From assembly GCA_036336685.1 (NCBI GenBank), contig JAYZFO010000030.1, forward strand, positions 1-56,445: 56,445 nucleotides of DNA, read 5' to 3'. This DNA comes from Pseudomonadota bacterium (GTDB lineage Bacteria > Pseudomonadota > Alphaproteobacteria > MPNO01 > UBA830). Position 1 is the first letter of the stretch, and each line of letters opens with the position of its first letter. Below, piece after piece: positions 45,818 through 56,445 of this stretch. Position numbers and translations under genes: made by a program. Below the pieces are notes generated by a model that was not told where the DNA came from, made no database searches, and saw nothing but the letters and a program-made list of their open reading frames with translations.

Positions 45818-46660
45818 CTAAATCTTTACAGGGTTATCCTTGGCTACACGGTCAAGTTCTATAAGTGTTTTCAAAATTGATGGTAGCGCCTTAATTGAAA
45901 TCATATTTGGCCCGTCGGACGGAGCTTTGTCAGGGTCCTGATGCGTTTCCATAAAAATTCCAGCCACCCCTATGGCAGCCGCCGCACGTGCCAAAATAGG
46001 TACAAACTCTCGCTGACCACCTGACGAAGTTCCTCGCCCACCCGGCTGCTGCACCGAGTGGGTGGCATCATAGATGACTGGTCGACCATTTTGCGAAAGT
46101 ATGGGTATAGAGCGCATATCCGACACCAATGTATTGTACCCAAATGATACGCCTCTTTCACAGACCATCACTTTGTTGTTTCCCACAGAAACGGCCTTTT
46201 GTACTACATTCTCCATATCCCAAGGAGCTAAAAATTGACCCTTTTTGATATTTATCGGATTACCGGTCCTGGACGCCGCCATTATTAAGTCGGTTTGACG
46301 ACAGAGAAACGCAGGGATTTGTAGGACGTCGACCACACCTGCAACACGTTCACATTGTTCAGGGAGATGTACATCGGTTAACACCGGACACCCAATTTTC
46401 TCGCGCACTTCCGCCAAAATTGGGAGGCTTTCATCGATGCCCAATCCTCGCGCACTTTCTAATGATGTCCTGTTTGCTTTATCAAAGGACGTTTTATAGA
46501 TGAAACTAATTCCCAGTTTCGACGTAATTTCTATTAACGCGCTGGACATTTCTAACGCGTGATTTTTGCCTTCGAGCAAACAGGGTCCGGCGATAAGTAC
46601 AAACGGTCTATCATTCGCAATAACAAAATTATTAACTTTAATCTCTATTAAATCAGTCAT
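45818..46660 (-). CDS. kdsA: KDO 8-phosphate synthase
   Basis: [36 protein letters not shown]. Confidence 0.97.
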   Translation of the reverse strand: MTDLIEIKVNNFVIANDRPFVLIAGPCLLEGKNHALEMSSALIEITSKLGISFIYKTSFDKANRTSLESARGLGIDESLPILAEVREKIGCPVLTDVHLPEQCERVAGVVDVLQIPAFLCRQTDLIMAASRTGNPINIKKGQFLAPWDMENVVQKAVSVGNNKVMVCERGVSFGYNTLVSDMRSIPILSQNGRPVIYDATHSVQQPGGRGTSSGGQREFVPILARAAAAIGVAGIFMETHQDPDKAPSDGPNMISIKALPSILKTLIELDRVAKDNPVKI

Positions 46661-46663
46661 AAA

Positions 46664-48316
<1,653 letters not shown>

Positions 48317-48380
48317 TCACTACCCTATTGAAAGAGAACAGAACACAAAAACTCAAAAAATTTATTTTTGCCTGTAGTGT

Positions 48381-48701
48381 CTACTTTGCGACCGGAACCG
48401 CAGGCCCCGTTGGCTTTGCGAGGGGCTTATCAATAATAGAACTAGTTCCAGTGTCGATTATCGATTTAGGTTTCTGATTCGAGGACGACAAAATTGCCAA
48501 CGCGAGACTACTAGCTATAAAACACGCAGCAACTACAGCGGTTGCCCGTGTCAGCAAGTTTGCAGACCCACGAGTTGTCATTAAACCGCCCATTGTGGCA
48601 CCACCCATACCTAATGCCCCCCCCTCACTTCTTTGGACAAGAACAATTCCAACAAGAGAGAGAGCCAGAATAATATGGATAACTAAAAGCACTTCAATCA
48701 T
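48381..48701 (-). CDS. secG: Preprotein translocase subunit SecG
   Basis: Two TM helices, VLVQRSEGG.LG, NLLTRAT. Sits between tpiA and pyrG. Confidence 0.93.
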   Translation of the reverse strand: MIEVLLVIHIILALSLVGIVLVQRSEGGALGMGGATMGGLMTTRGSANLLTRATAVVAACFIASSLALAILSSSNQKPKSIIDTGTSSIIDKPLAKPTGPAVPVAK

Positions 48702-48774
48702 GCGTACTTACCTTCATAGCGCAGCAGATATTTAATAGTTAAAAATCATTTTGGAAAGAAGTTTTATTCTATTT

Positions 48775-49539
48775 TCATTCCTTATGGTATGCCTTAACTA
48801 TGCGCCAAAATTCGTCCGTTTTCAGGCTAGCCCCACCAACCAAGGCGCCGTCCACATTAGAAACAGAAAGAATATCCTGGGCATTCTCTGGCTTTACAGA
48901 CCCACCATATAAAATGCGTAATGCATCCGGATCTGATACCAGTTTATTCACTGCGTCACGGATTGCTCCGTGTACTTCAGCGATTTCACTAATTTTAGGA
49001 ATTTTACCCGTACCGATAGCCCATACCGGCTCGTAAGCAACGACAATATCTCTGCCCCGTGACCCCTCTGGGACGCATTCTTTCAACTGCCTAAGAATTG
49101 TCTCAACCGCAGCGCCCCGTTCTCTATCTTCAGCCTTTTCTCCAACGCAAAGAATTGGAATAAGCCCGCCGGTTTGAGCCGCAGTGGTTTTTCTCCGTAC
49201 AAGGCTATTGTGCTCTCCGTGTTGCTCACGTCTCTCCGAGTGCCCTGTAATCACATACTTACATCCAACGTCAACTAACATCTCTGCAGACACGTCTCCT
49301 GTGTAAGCACCACTCATGTCCGCATGGCAGTCCTGCCCACCAACAAAAATAGTGGTACTATCAAAGATATCGCAAATAATTTTCAGATATGGGTTTGGTG
49401 GACATAACACTAATTCGATATTTATCGCTTTGATCCCCAAAGCGAGTTTCAACAGCTCTGTGGAAAAATTTTCGACAAAGGCTATACTCCCATGCATTTT
49501 CCAATTACCTACAATCAAACGGCTGCGTGTATTGTCCAT
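48775..49539 (-). CDS. tpiA: Triosephosphate isomerase
   Basis: GNWKM, GHSERR, AYEPVWAIGTG, YGGSV, LVGGAS. Start taken at ATG 49539. Confidence 0.97.
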   Translation of the reverse strand: MDNTRSRLIVGNWKMHGSIAFVENFSTELLKLALGIKAINIELVLCPPNPYLKIICDIFDSTTIFVGGQDCHADMSGAYTGDVSAEMLVDVGCKYVITGHSERREQHGEHNSLVRRKTTAAQTGGLIPILCVGEKAEDRERGAAVETILRQLKECVPEGSRGRDIVVAYEPVWAIGTGKIPKISEIAEVHGAIRDAVNKLVSDPDALRILYGGSVKPENAQDILSVSNVDGALVGGASLKTDEFWRIVKAYHKE

Positions 49540-49624
49540 GACGACCTTGAATTTCCTGTCAGAAACCAAATTAACACAATACGAGAAAGCTACCATAGGC
49601 AAGTGCCTATCTGACCAGACAATC

Positions 49625-49653
49625 TTGCCGCCAGCAAACCCGAACCCTATTAT
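49625..49653 (+). promoter_or_regulatory. Putative promoter of ppiD
   Basis: TTGCCG-N17-TATTAT (sigma70-like), about 50 bp upstream of the ATG. It also resembles the RpoH-type CTTG...CCTAT pattern. Confidence 0.45.
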
Positions 49654-49701
49654 GCGGCGGATTCTTAATTCATAACTAATAACTGTTAGCAGGAAGTCGT
49701 A

Positions 49702-51600
49702 ATGCTACTCGAGAGTATGAAAAAAGGCGTTGGAAAATACGTGATGATCCTTCTTGCCTCATTACTGATACTCAGTTTCGCAGTTTGGGGGGTTGGTGAT
49801 ATGGTTGGCGTTATATCCAACCCCGATGAAGTGGCAACCGTCGGTGACACAAAAATCACGCAGAGACAATTTCAAATAAAATATCGTCAGCAACTAAATG
49901 AAATCCGCTCTCGTATCGGAAATATCAATAGTAAACAGGCGCGAAACCTTGGTTTAGCCGAAATTACCCTAAATAGCATTATTGATAAAAGATTGATTGA
50001 ATTGCAGGCACATGACTTAGGTCTAATGGTTAGTGATGACATTATTCGTGCAAAAATCAGACAAGAACCTGCTTTCCGAAATAAAGTAGGCGAGTTTGAC
50101 CCTTCTATTTTCCGTACATTATTAGCGAATAATGGTCTAACCGAGGCAACTTACGTTGCCTCGGTTAAACAGGACCTGCAACGCACGTACATAACCGGTA
50201 CCCTCTCGTCCGGATCCCTTGCACCTCCTCAATTAACCAACATTCTATTTCAACACCAAAACGAGCGAAGAATTGCAGAAATCATTCTTATCAAACGGCA
50301 AATAACCAAAAATACGCCAATTGCTAAAGATACCGACCTCAAAAATTACTTGAATAAACATTCATCCTACTTCATGGCCCCGGAATACCGTAAAATGTCA
50401 GTCCTTTATCTTGATCCCAAGGAGATTGCAAAGGACCTCTCACCTTCCAAGCAACGAATTCGAGAAGAATATGAAGATAGATTAGGCTCGCTCATCGTAC
50501 CGGAGACCAGAGAGCTAGAACAAATATTATTTAAAGACGAAACTAGTGCCAGAAAAGCTTTTACAGTCCTCTCCAACGGCCAAAACTTTTCGATAGACGG
50601 TTTGCGGAACTTAAATGGCTCGGCCAAGAAAACTAGCATTGGGTTTGTTTCAAAAGGCGATCTACTTCCCGAACTGGCCAATAGCGCGTTCTCTTTAAAC
50701 CGTAACACGATCTCTGAACCCATCAAGACATCGCTAGGGTGGCACATAATCAAGCTTGTAAATATAAAACCCGGAAGGACGCCTGCCCTCCAAGAAGTTC
50801 AGAGTGCATTAGCCGCTGATATCTCCAGGGAAATGGCGGTAGAAGTTCTAATCAAGCGGGCAGACAAGATAGAAGATACCTTGGCAGGTGGCGCTTCTAT
50901 AGACAACGTTGGTCGAGAGCTAGGAATGAAAATTCATCAAACGGACTTTATGGACGTGTCAGGCACCAGCACCTCGGGCACGAAGGTGAAGGCTATACCC
51001 GAAGACCCACGCTTCATACAAACTGCTTTTAATCTCAAAAAAGATGAAACTAGCGAACTAATAGAAACGCCTGAGGGTGGTTATTTCATGGTAAGGGTAG
51101 ATAAAATAACACTTCCAAAAAAGCAGAAGCTCCGCAAAGTCCGAAAACTTGTTGAAGAAGCATGGCGAAATAAACAATTGAACGACGTAGCGAAAAGAAC
51201 GGCACAGAAAATACAAAAGAGGGCTAAAACCATTGGCACCCTGAAAGAGGTGGCAAAAACTTTTGGCCTAAAATCCTTTGAAACAGGGCCGGTTTCCCGC
51301 TTTGGCGCGACGGGCTCTAACGTTATACCTCGGGAGATATTACCCCGGTTATTTAAGGCCAAAATAGGTGATGTTGTGATCGCTCAAACAGCTGAAGGTT
51401 ACGCTGTTGCCCGCCTAACCAATATCAAAAACAAACAAAAAGCTGTCGACAAAAAGAATTTTGACAGATTACAGAAGGTGTTGTCCACCGCACTCAGCGA
51501 TGATGTACTTCAGCAATACGCAAAAGCCTTACGCAAAGAATATTCCGTCTCAATAAATAAAACCGCACTCCAAAAATATTTTTCCAATTCGGGACCATAG
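49702..51600 (+). CDS. ppiD: PpiD-like periplasmic chaperone (SurA N-terminal and parvulin domains)
   Basis: N-terminal TM anchor (LILSFAVWGVGD), PE.R, S.PIKT.LGWHII rotamase motif. Divergent from tpiA. Confidence 0.88.
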   Translation: MLLESMKKGVGKYVMILLASLLILSFAVWGVGDMVGVISNPDEVATVGDTKITQRQFQIKYRQQLNEIRSRIGNINSKQARNLGLAEITLNSIIDKRLIELQAHDLGLMVSDDIIRAKIRQEPAFRNKVGEFDPSIFRTLLANNGLTEATYVASVKQDLQRTYITGTLSSGSLAPPQLTNILFQHQNERRIAEIILIKRQITKNTPIAKDTDLKNYLNKHSSYFMAPEYRKMSVLYLDPKEIAKDLSPSKQRIREEYEDRLGSLIVPETRELEQILFKDETSARKAFTVLSNGQNFSIDGLRNLNGSAKKTSIGFVSKGDLLPELANSAFSLNRNTISEPIKTSLGWHIIKLVNIKPGRTPALQEVQSALAADISREMAVEVLIKRADKIEDTLAGGASIDNVGRELGMKIHQTDFMDVSGTSTSGTKVKAIPEDPRFIQTAFNLKKDETSELIETPEGGYFMVRVDKITLPKKQKLRKVRKLVEEAWRNKQLNDVAKRTAQKIQKRAKTIGTLKEVAKTFGLKSFETGPVSRFGATGSNVIPREILPRLFKAKIGDVVIAQTAEGYAVARLTNIKNKQKAVDKKNFDRLQKVLSTALSDDVLQQYAKALRKEYSVSINKTALQKYFSNSGP

Positions 51601-51620
51601 ACAGCAGCCGTCGGGTGACC

Positions 51621-52163
51621 CTAGATCCTTTCAGTCCCCTCGCGGTTCTCGTCAGCTGTAACTCTAACAATCGTGTTCCGGGCCTGATAGTCAGCCAATA
51701 CGACTGATGCCTCTGCTTGCCTGGAAGGGACATCCCAATATGTTTTTAAAAGTTTATTTTTTTCCGACTCCGGGACAACACTGAAACCATTTTTCTCATA
51801 AAATCGTAGGGCCCAAATAGCGGCGCGCCAAGTTCCTATTAGAATAGGTTTATCCACTGAGGTTATAAGGTGCCTTAATAGACTAGTTCCAACACCTCTC
51901 CTTTGTCTTTCGTGTCGCACGTAGGCATGCCTAATAAGAAAAACGCCTTCACGTGTTTGGACCCCCATTACCCCTACGAGGCTGCCACCGAATTCATAAC
52001 CCGAAAATTCTACACCGGAAGAAATTTCATTACGAAGACCGTCTGACGACATATAAGGCTCCTGCCAGCTATCTGCCGGGATAACCCCCTTATAAGCTTG
52101 CGCGCCATCATTGATGATTGTAAGCAGACCATGAAAATCCGCCTTTTCGCACTTTCGTATCAA
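51621..52163 (-). CDS. GNAT family N-acetyltransferase
   Basis: HAYV...QRRGVG..LL acetyl-CoA motif, A..FYEKNGF, and an AGGAG RBS before the TTG start. Confidence 0.85.
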   Translation of the reverse strand: MIRKCEKADFHGLLTIINDGAQAYKGVIPADSWQEPYMSSDGLRNEISSGVEFSGYEFGGSLVGVMGVQTREGVFLIRHAYVRHERQRRGVGTSLLRHLITSVDKPILIGTWRAAIWALRFYEKNGFSVVPESEKNKLLKTYWDVPSRQAEASVVLADYQARNTIVRVTADENREGTERI

Positions 52164-52451
52164 GATCTACTCCTAAAGTGTCTTTTTCAAAACCAATTTT
52201 AACGCGTTTGTTATAGTAGGTTTTTATTTATTATCTTCAAAGCCAACAGCAAACAAAGTGCTTTCAAAATATAAAGGAAAATATTTATAAACTTTAATAA
52301 CCGACCGTTCCTATCTAAGTTATCTACTCACGAGAAATTGAAATCGAAACAATTCAGTAAAAAACCATTTCGTAGCTTGTTAAGATACAGTACTAAATCG
52401 TGGCGGCGAGCTGCTTTAGTAGGGTCGAAACATTTATTTCATGGGGCCTAT

Positions 52452-53498
52452 ATGCATTTTAAAGAGATTCTAGCACTTGTGGCCGAGGGTCATGAATTAG
52501 ACAGTGCACAGGCCGAAGCAGCTTTCGATATGATCATGTCAGGCGACGCGACCCCAGCACAAATTGGCGCATTTTTAATGAGCCTTCGAATGCGGGGAGA
52601 AACAGTCACAGAAATAGCGGCTGCAGCCACTGTAATGCGACGAAAGGCTATCAAAGTAAGTGCACCCCCTAACGCTATTGACGTTGTTGGGACCGGTGGT
52701 GATGGAAGCGGAACTTTAAATATTTCTACCGGGGCCGCGCTTACAGTAGCGGGGTGTGGCATCCCCGTCGCAAAACATGGGAATAGGGCACTCTCATCAA
52801 AATCCGGTGCAGCTGATGTTTTGAATGCTTTGGGGGTAAACATAGACGCTGATATGCGTCTTATCGAGAAATCAATTAACGAAGCAAAAATTGGTTTTAT
52901 GATGGCGCCCAGACATCATAGTGCGACACGGCACGTCGCAGGGCCTCGGGTCGAACTTGCAATTCGAACAGTATTTAACATGCTTGGACCACTTTCTAAT
53001 CCCGCCATGGTTGATCGGCTGGTGGTGGGAGTTTTTGCTCCAGAATGGGTAAAGCCAGTCGCACTGGTACTGGCAGAACTCGGAGCAAAACGTGCCTGGG
53101 TGGTTCACGGCACCGGCGGCCTTGATGAGCTTGCGACAAACGGTCCCGCGATGGTCGCTTCTCTGGACAATGGAAAGGTTGAAAGCTTTGAAGTGGAGCC
53201 AGAAGACGCTGGTCTAAAACGCTGCGACATATCACAACTTCAAGGCGGAGACGCAGCATATAATGCAGAAGCACTCCAAGCATTGTTAAACGGCCAACCT
53301 AGCGCCTACCGCGATACTATTTTATTTACCTCCGCAGCAGCATTAATCGTGGCAGGTGTTGCGGAAAATTTGAAGGAAGGTGTGAGCATCGCTGAGGCCT
53401 CTATCGATAACGGAAAGGCTCAAACTGCACTCAAACGGATGGCTGAAATTTCTCAGGAAGTAATTTTAGGCGAGGAGGAAATGGAGTTAGATGACTGA
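52452..53498 (+). CDS. trpD: Anthranilate phosphoribosyltransferase
   Basis: VGTGGDG, NIST, KHGNRALSSKSG.AD, GPL.NP, GLDE. Start taken at ATG 52452. Confidence 0.96.
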   Translation: MHFKEILALVAEGHELDSAQAEAAFDMIMSGDATPAQIGAFLMSLRMRGETVTEIAAAATVMRRKAIKVSAPPNAIDVVGTGGDGSGTLNISTGAALTVAGCGIPVAKHGNRALSSKSGAADVLNALGVNIDADMRLIEKSINEAKIGFMMAPRHHSATRHVAGPRVELAIRTVFNMLGPLSNPAMVDRLVVGVFAPEWVKPVALVLAELGAKRAWVVHGTGGLDELATNGPAMVASLDNGKVESFEVEPEDAGLKRCDISQLQGGDAAYNAEALQALLNGQPSAYRDTILFTSAAALIVAGVAENLKEGVSIAEASIDNGKAQTALKRMAEISQEVILGEEEMELDD

Positions 53499-54312
53499 CA
53501 CCCTGAGCAAAATATGTGTTGAAAAACGACAACACATCGCTTTATCCAAAAAACAAGAACCGTTAAACAAAATAGAAGAAAAAGCTAAAGCCGCGGGTAA
53601 CCCTCGTGGATTTTATCAAAAATTGAAATCAGCGGCGGATAATGGAATATACGGATTAGTCGCGGAAGTTAAAAAAGCGTCCCCCAGCAAGGGACTCATC
53701 AGGAAAGACTTCAATCCGACCCAAATTGCCGCTGCCTTTAAAAACGGTGGAGCAACCTGCCTGTCAGTGTTGACAGATGTGCCCTATTTTCAAGGAAAGA
53801 ATGAACACTTAATAAGAGCGCGATCGACGGTGAACCTGCCTATTCTTCGCAAAGACTTTATCTTAGACCCCTACCAAATCGCTGAATCGCGAGCCTTAGG
53901 AGCCGACTGCATACTCCTGATTATGGCTGCCCTTGACAACGTTCTTGCGTCAGAACTTGAGGCGTCGGCGATTAATGACTGGGGTATGGACGTGCTTATA
54001 GAAATTCACGATACGAAAGAGCTTGATCGCGCGATGAAACTCCGTTCTCCACTTCTCGGAATTAATAACCGCAATTTGAAAACACTTAAAACTGATATCG
54101 AGACAACACGCCGCCTTGCTCCATTGGTTAAAGAAGCTGAACGACTTGTAGTCAGTGAAAGTGGCCTATACACACCGGAAGACCTCGCTTTAATGTATGA
54201 TGCGGGAGCAAAATGTTTTTTAATTGGAGAATCCCTCATGCGCCAAGATGATATAGAAAAGGCAACACGCCGCCTTTTAAATCGCACAAATGTGCAACAA
54301 ACTCAGATATAA
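53491..54312 (+). CDS. trpC: Indole-3-glycerol phosphate synthase
   Basis: AEVKKASPSKG, LSVLTD, LRKDFI, GINNRNL, SESG. Confidence 0.97.
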   Translation: MTDTLSKICVEKRQHIALSKKQEPLNKIEEKAKAAGNPRGFYQKLKSAADNGIYGLVAEVKKASPSKGLIRKDFNPTQIAAAFKNGGATCLSVLTDVPYFQGKNEHLIRARSTVNLPILRKDFILDPYQIAESRALGADCILLIMAALDNVLASELEASAINDWGMDVLIEIHDTKELDRAMKLRSPLLGINNRNLKTLKTDIETTRRLAPLVKEAERLVVSESGLYTPEDLALMYDAGAKCFLIGESLMRQDDIEKATRRLLNRTNVQQTQI

Positions 54313-54791
54313 TGATAAAACTTACCCATATAGGAGACGATGGTGAGGCTAAGATGGTGGACGTCTCCACAAAAACCATTACGCATCGAACTGCGACCGC
54401 AGCCGGCAGCGTGCTAGTAGATCACGAGACTTTGAAACTCATAAGTGAAGGTAAAATAAAAAAGGGCGATGTAATTTCCACAGCAAGAATCGCGGGAATA
54501 ATGGCGGCCAAACGAACGTCAGAAATAATCCCCCTCTGTCATCCACTTTCCTTAAACGTGGTAGATTTCGAGTTTATATGTAATAAAAAAAGCAGCTCCG
54601 TAGATATTTCTGCCACCTGCAAAGCCGATGGTAAGACTGGTGTCGAGATGGAGGCACTGACGGCAGTAACAGTTGCGGCACTGACGATTTACGACATGTG
54701 TAAAGCAATGGACCGCAGCATTCGGTTGACCGACATGCGTTTAATCCATAAGGCTGGTGGAAAATCCGGTGAGTTCAAATCGGAAAGATAG
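54312..54791 (+). CDS. moaC: Cyclic pyranopterin monophosphate synthase
   Basis: LTH, MVDVS.K, IPLCHP, TGVEMEAL, YDMCKA, GGKSG. Confidence 0.97.
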   Translation: MIKLTHIGDDGEAKMVDVSTKTITHRTATAAGSVLVDHETLKLISEGKIKKGDVISTARIAGIMAAKRTSEIIPLCHPLSLNVVDFEFICNKKSSSVDISATCKADGKTGVEMEALTAVTVAALTIYDMCKAMDRSIRLTDMRLIHKAGGKSGEFKSER

Positions 54792-54793
54792 GA

Positions 54794-56026
54794 ATGTCTG
54801 AAGGCAAATTGCTACCGGTAGCAGAGGCTCAGAACCGGATTATTGACGCGATGCCGACACTACCAATCGAACAAATCTCGGTTGCTAATGCCTTTGGCAG
54901 AACACTGGCAGCACCAATTCTTTCGCGTCGCGATCAACCCCCAACCGATGTATCGGCAATGGATGGTTATGCCGTTAGGGCAGAGGATGTAGCTACTGTA
55001 CCAGTGGAACTTAGCATCGTCGGATATGCACCCGCTGGACATAGTTATAGAAAAGAAATTGGTCCTTATGAAGCCGTTCGAATATTTACGGGGGCGCCTA
55101 TTCCAGCGGGGGCAAATACGATCGTTCTGCAGGAAAACACTGAAAAATTTGACGAGAAAGTGCGGGTAACATCAGGAGAAGCACCCCCTGGAAAGTATGT
55201 CCGTTCAGCGGGTTTAGACTTTTCTCAGGGTGAAGCTCTACTCCCAGCGGGTCGCACCCTAACAGCTCGCGATGTAGGGCTAGCTGCCGCCATGAATGTA
55301 CCCTGGTTGCAGGTTCGACGAAAACCACGAATTTCAATTTTGTCGACCGGTGACGAAATCGTTATGCCAGGAGACCCAGTTGGAGAAGACCAAATTGTCA
55401 GTTCAAACGCTCTCTCGTTAGCAGCGATTATTAAGGCAATCGGCGGTGATCCAATTGACCTCGGTATAGCGCCGGACCGCAAGAATGAGTTAGCAACACT
55501 CGCTTCTGCGGCTATTGGAAGCGATATATTGCTTACCACCGGGGGGGCCTCAGTCGGCGATCACGATTTGGTGCAAGACGCTCTCGGGGACATTGGACTA
55601 AAGACCACCTTCTGGAAAATTGCTATGCGACCGGGAAAACCTTTAATTTTTGGCAACATTGCTGATACTTTTCTTATTGGTCTTCCCGGTAACCCGGTAT
55701 CGTCAACTGTTTGTGCTATAATGTTTCTTGGCCCGGCAATTCGGAAAATGCTCGGGATTGAACCTGTTTTACCAGAACGTTTACAGGCAAAGGTAACTCA
55801 CGGGCTACCGGAAAACGACGAGCGAGAAGATTACATGCGTGGTACATTACTTCGTGACGAAATAGGGAACATAGAAGTATCTGCCCACCAAATTCAAGAT
55901 AGCTCGATGTACGCGACAATGGCGCGCTCCGATGTTCTAATAGTAAGGCCGCCATATGCTCGCCGCTGCACGAAGGGTGAGGTAGTGGACATCATTCCGC
56001 TAAAAGGAAGCCATTTTAACATATAA
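54794..56026 (+). CDS. moeA: Molybdopterin molybdotransferase MoeA (gephyrin-like)
   Basis: SAMDGYA, RIFTGAP.P.GA, STGDE, TGGASVG, MRPGKP, LPGNPVS. Confidence 0.96.
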   Translation: MSEGKLLPVAEAQNRIIDAMPTLPIEQISVANAFGRTLAAPILSRRDQPPTDVSAMDGYAVRAEDVATVPVELSIVGYAPAGHSYRKEIGPYEAVRIFTGAPIPAGANTIVLQENTEKFDEKVRVTSGEAPPGKYVRSAGLDFSQGEALLPAGRTLTARDVGLAAAMNVPWLQVRRKPRISILSTGDEIVMPGDPVGEDQIVSSNALSLAAIIKAIGGDPIDLGIAPDRKNELATLASAAIGSDILLTTGGASVGDHDLVQDALGDIGLKTTFWKIAMRPGKPLIFGNIADTFLIGLPGNPVSSTVCAIMFLGPAIRKMLGIEPVLPERLQAKVTHGLPENDEREDYMRGTLLRDEIGNIEVSAHQIQDSSMYATMARSDVLIVRPPYARRCTKGEVVDIIPLKGSHFNI

Positions 56027-56050
56027 AAACTGATTCTTGACGTCATTGAA

Positions 56051-56090
56051 GAACTTAACTAGAAGGCACGCAAGTGTTTATGTTTTGTTC
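56051..56090 (+). promoter_or_regulatory. Two alphaproteobacterial SOS (LexA) boxes upstream of lexA
   Basis: GAAC-N7-GAAG (56051-56065) and GTTT-N7-GTTC (56076-56090), each one mismatch from the GTTC-N7-GTTC direct repeat or its complement. The first overlaps TTGACG-N17-TAGAAG (56037-56065). Confidence 0.6.
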
Positions 56091-56120
56091 TTATAAAATT
56101 ACGTGATATGGAAAAATGTA

Positions 56121-56445
56121 ATGTTGACCCGTAAACAGCACGAGTTGTTAACCTTCATAGACCAGCGCCTAAACAACACTGGCGTGCCGCCTTCCTTTGA
56201 CGAAATGAAGACAGCTCTCGGGCTCCAGTCAAAATCTGGTATCCACCGACTTATTATAGCTTTAGAGGAACGCGGCTTCATCCGCCGTCTGCCTCACAAG
56301 GCCCGAGCTCTTGAAGTAATCAAAAAACCCCAAAACACACCCTCAACGCCGGAGGGCAGAGCTGAATTCAAGCCACAACTGATAGACGGTTCTTTTGATA
56401 AGACTACCCAGATTCTAGAGGACGGCATCGGTCAAGCAACGAAAT
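56121..56445 (+). CDS. lexA: SOS repressor LexA, 3'-truncated by the window edge (not in the ORF track)
   Basis: Manual translation gives [67 protein letters not shown]. Conserved moeA-lexA order. Confidence 0.96.
   Translation, partial: MLTRKQHELLTFIDQRLNNTGVPPSFDEMKTALGLQSKSGIHRLIIALEERGFIRRLPHKARALEVIKKPQNTPSTPEGRAEFKPQLIDGSFDKTTQILEDGIGQATK

Noticed and set aside
52164-52451. Possible trp attenuator or leader peptide upstream of trpD
   Set aside because: There are no tandem Trp codons in a short ORF and no convincing terminator/antiterminator pair. The 38-codon extension of the trpD frame has only one Trp.

Overview
This is an alphaproteobacterial chromosome segment (Rhodospirillales-like gene order) made up almost entirely of conserved housekeeping genes. 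The blocks are mltB-rlpA-dacA-tmk-holB-metG-tatD-MBL, mazG, groESL, hflX-hfq, trkA-ntrXY-ntrCB-dusB, ispDF-pgpA-cinA, lipA-lpdA-pdhCBA, ftsB-eno-kdsA-pyrG-secG-tpiA, and ppiD-trpDC-moaC-moeA-lexA. The strongest signal not in the ORF track is a 28-bp XerCD dif site at 15103-15130. GGGNAGGG (KOPS) motifs point toward it from both sides and the dominant gene strand switches there, so the window probably spans the replication terminus. Accessory content is small: (i) a heme-oxygenase-like diiron (CADD/TenA/PqqC fold) gene followed by an alpha/beta hydrolase and FadH, (ii) a TfdA-like dioxygenase and D-2-hydroxyacid dehydrogenase pair next to dif, (iii) a DUF429-like gene coupled to cinA, and (iv) a GNAT gene where trpE/trpG usually sit. 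PdhC carries two tandem subunit-binding domains. Regulatory sites visible by eye are a variant CIRCE with an RpoH-type promoter, NtrC boxes and LexA boxes. I saw no RNA genes, CRISPR arrays, transposases or prophage, and no clearly new multi-gene system can be established from the sequence alone.
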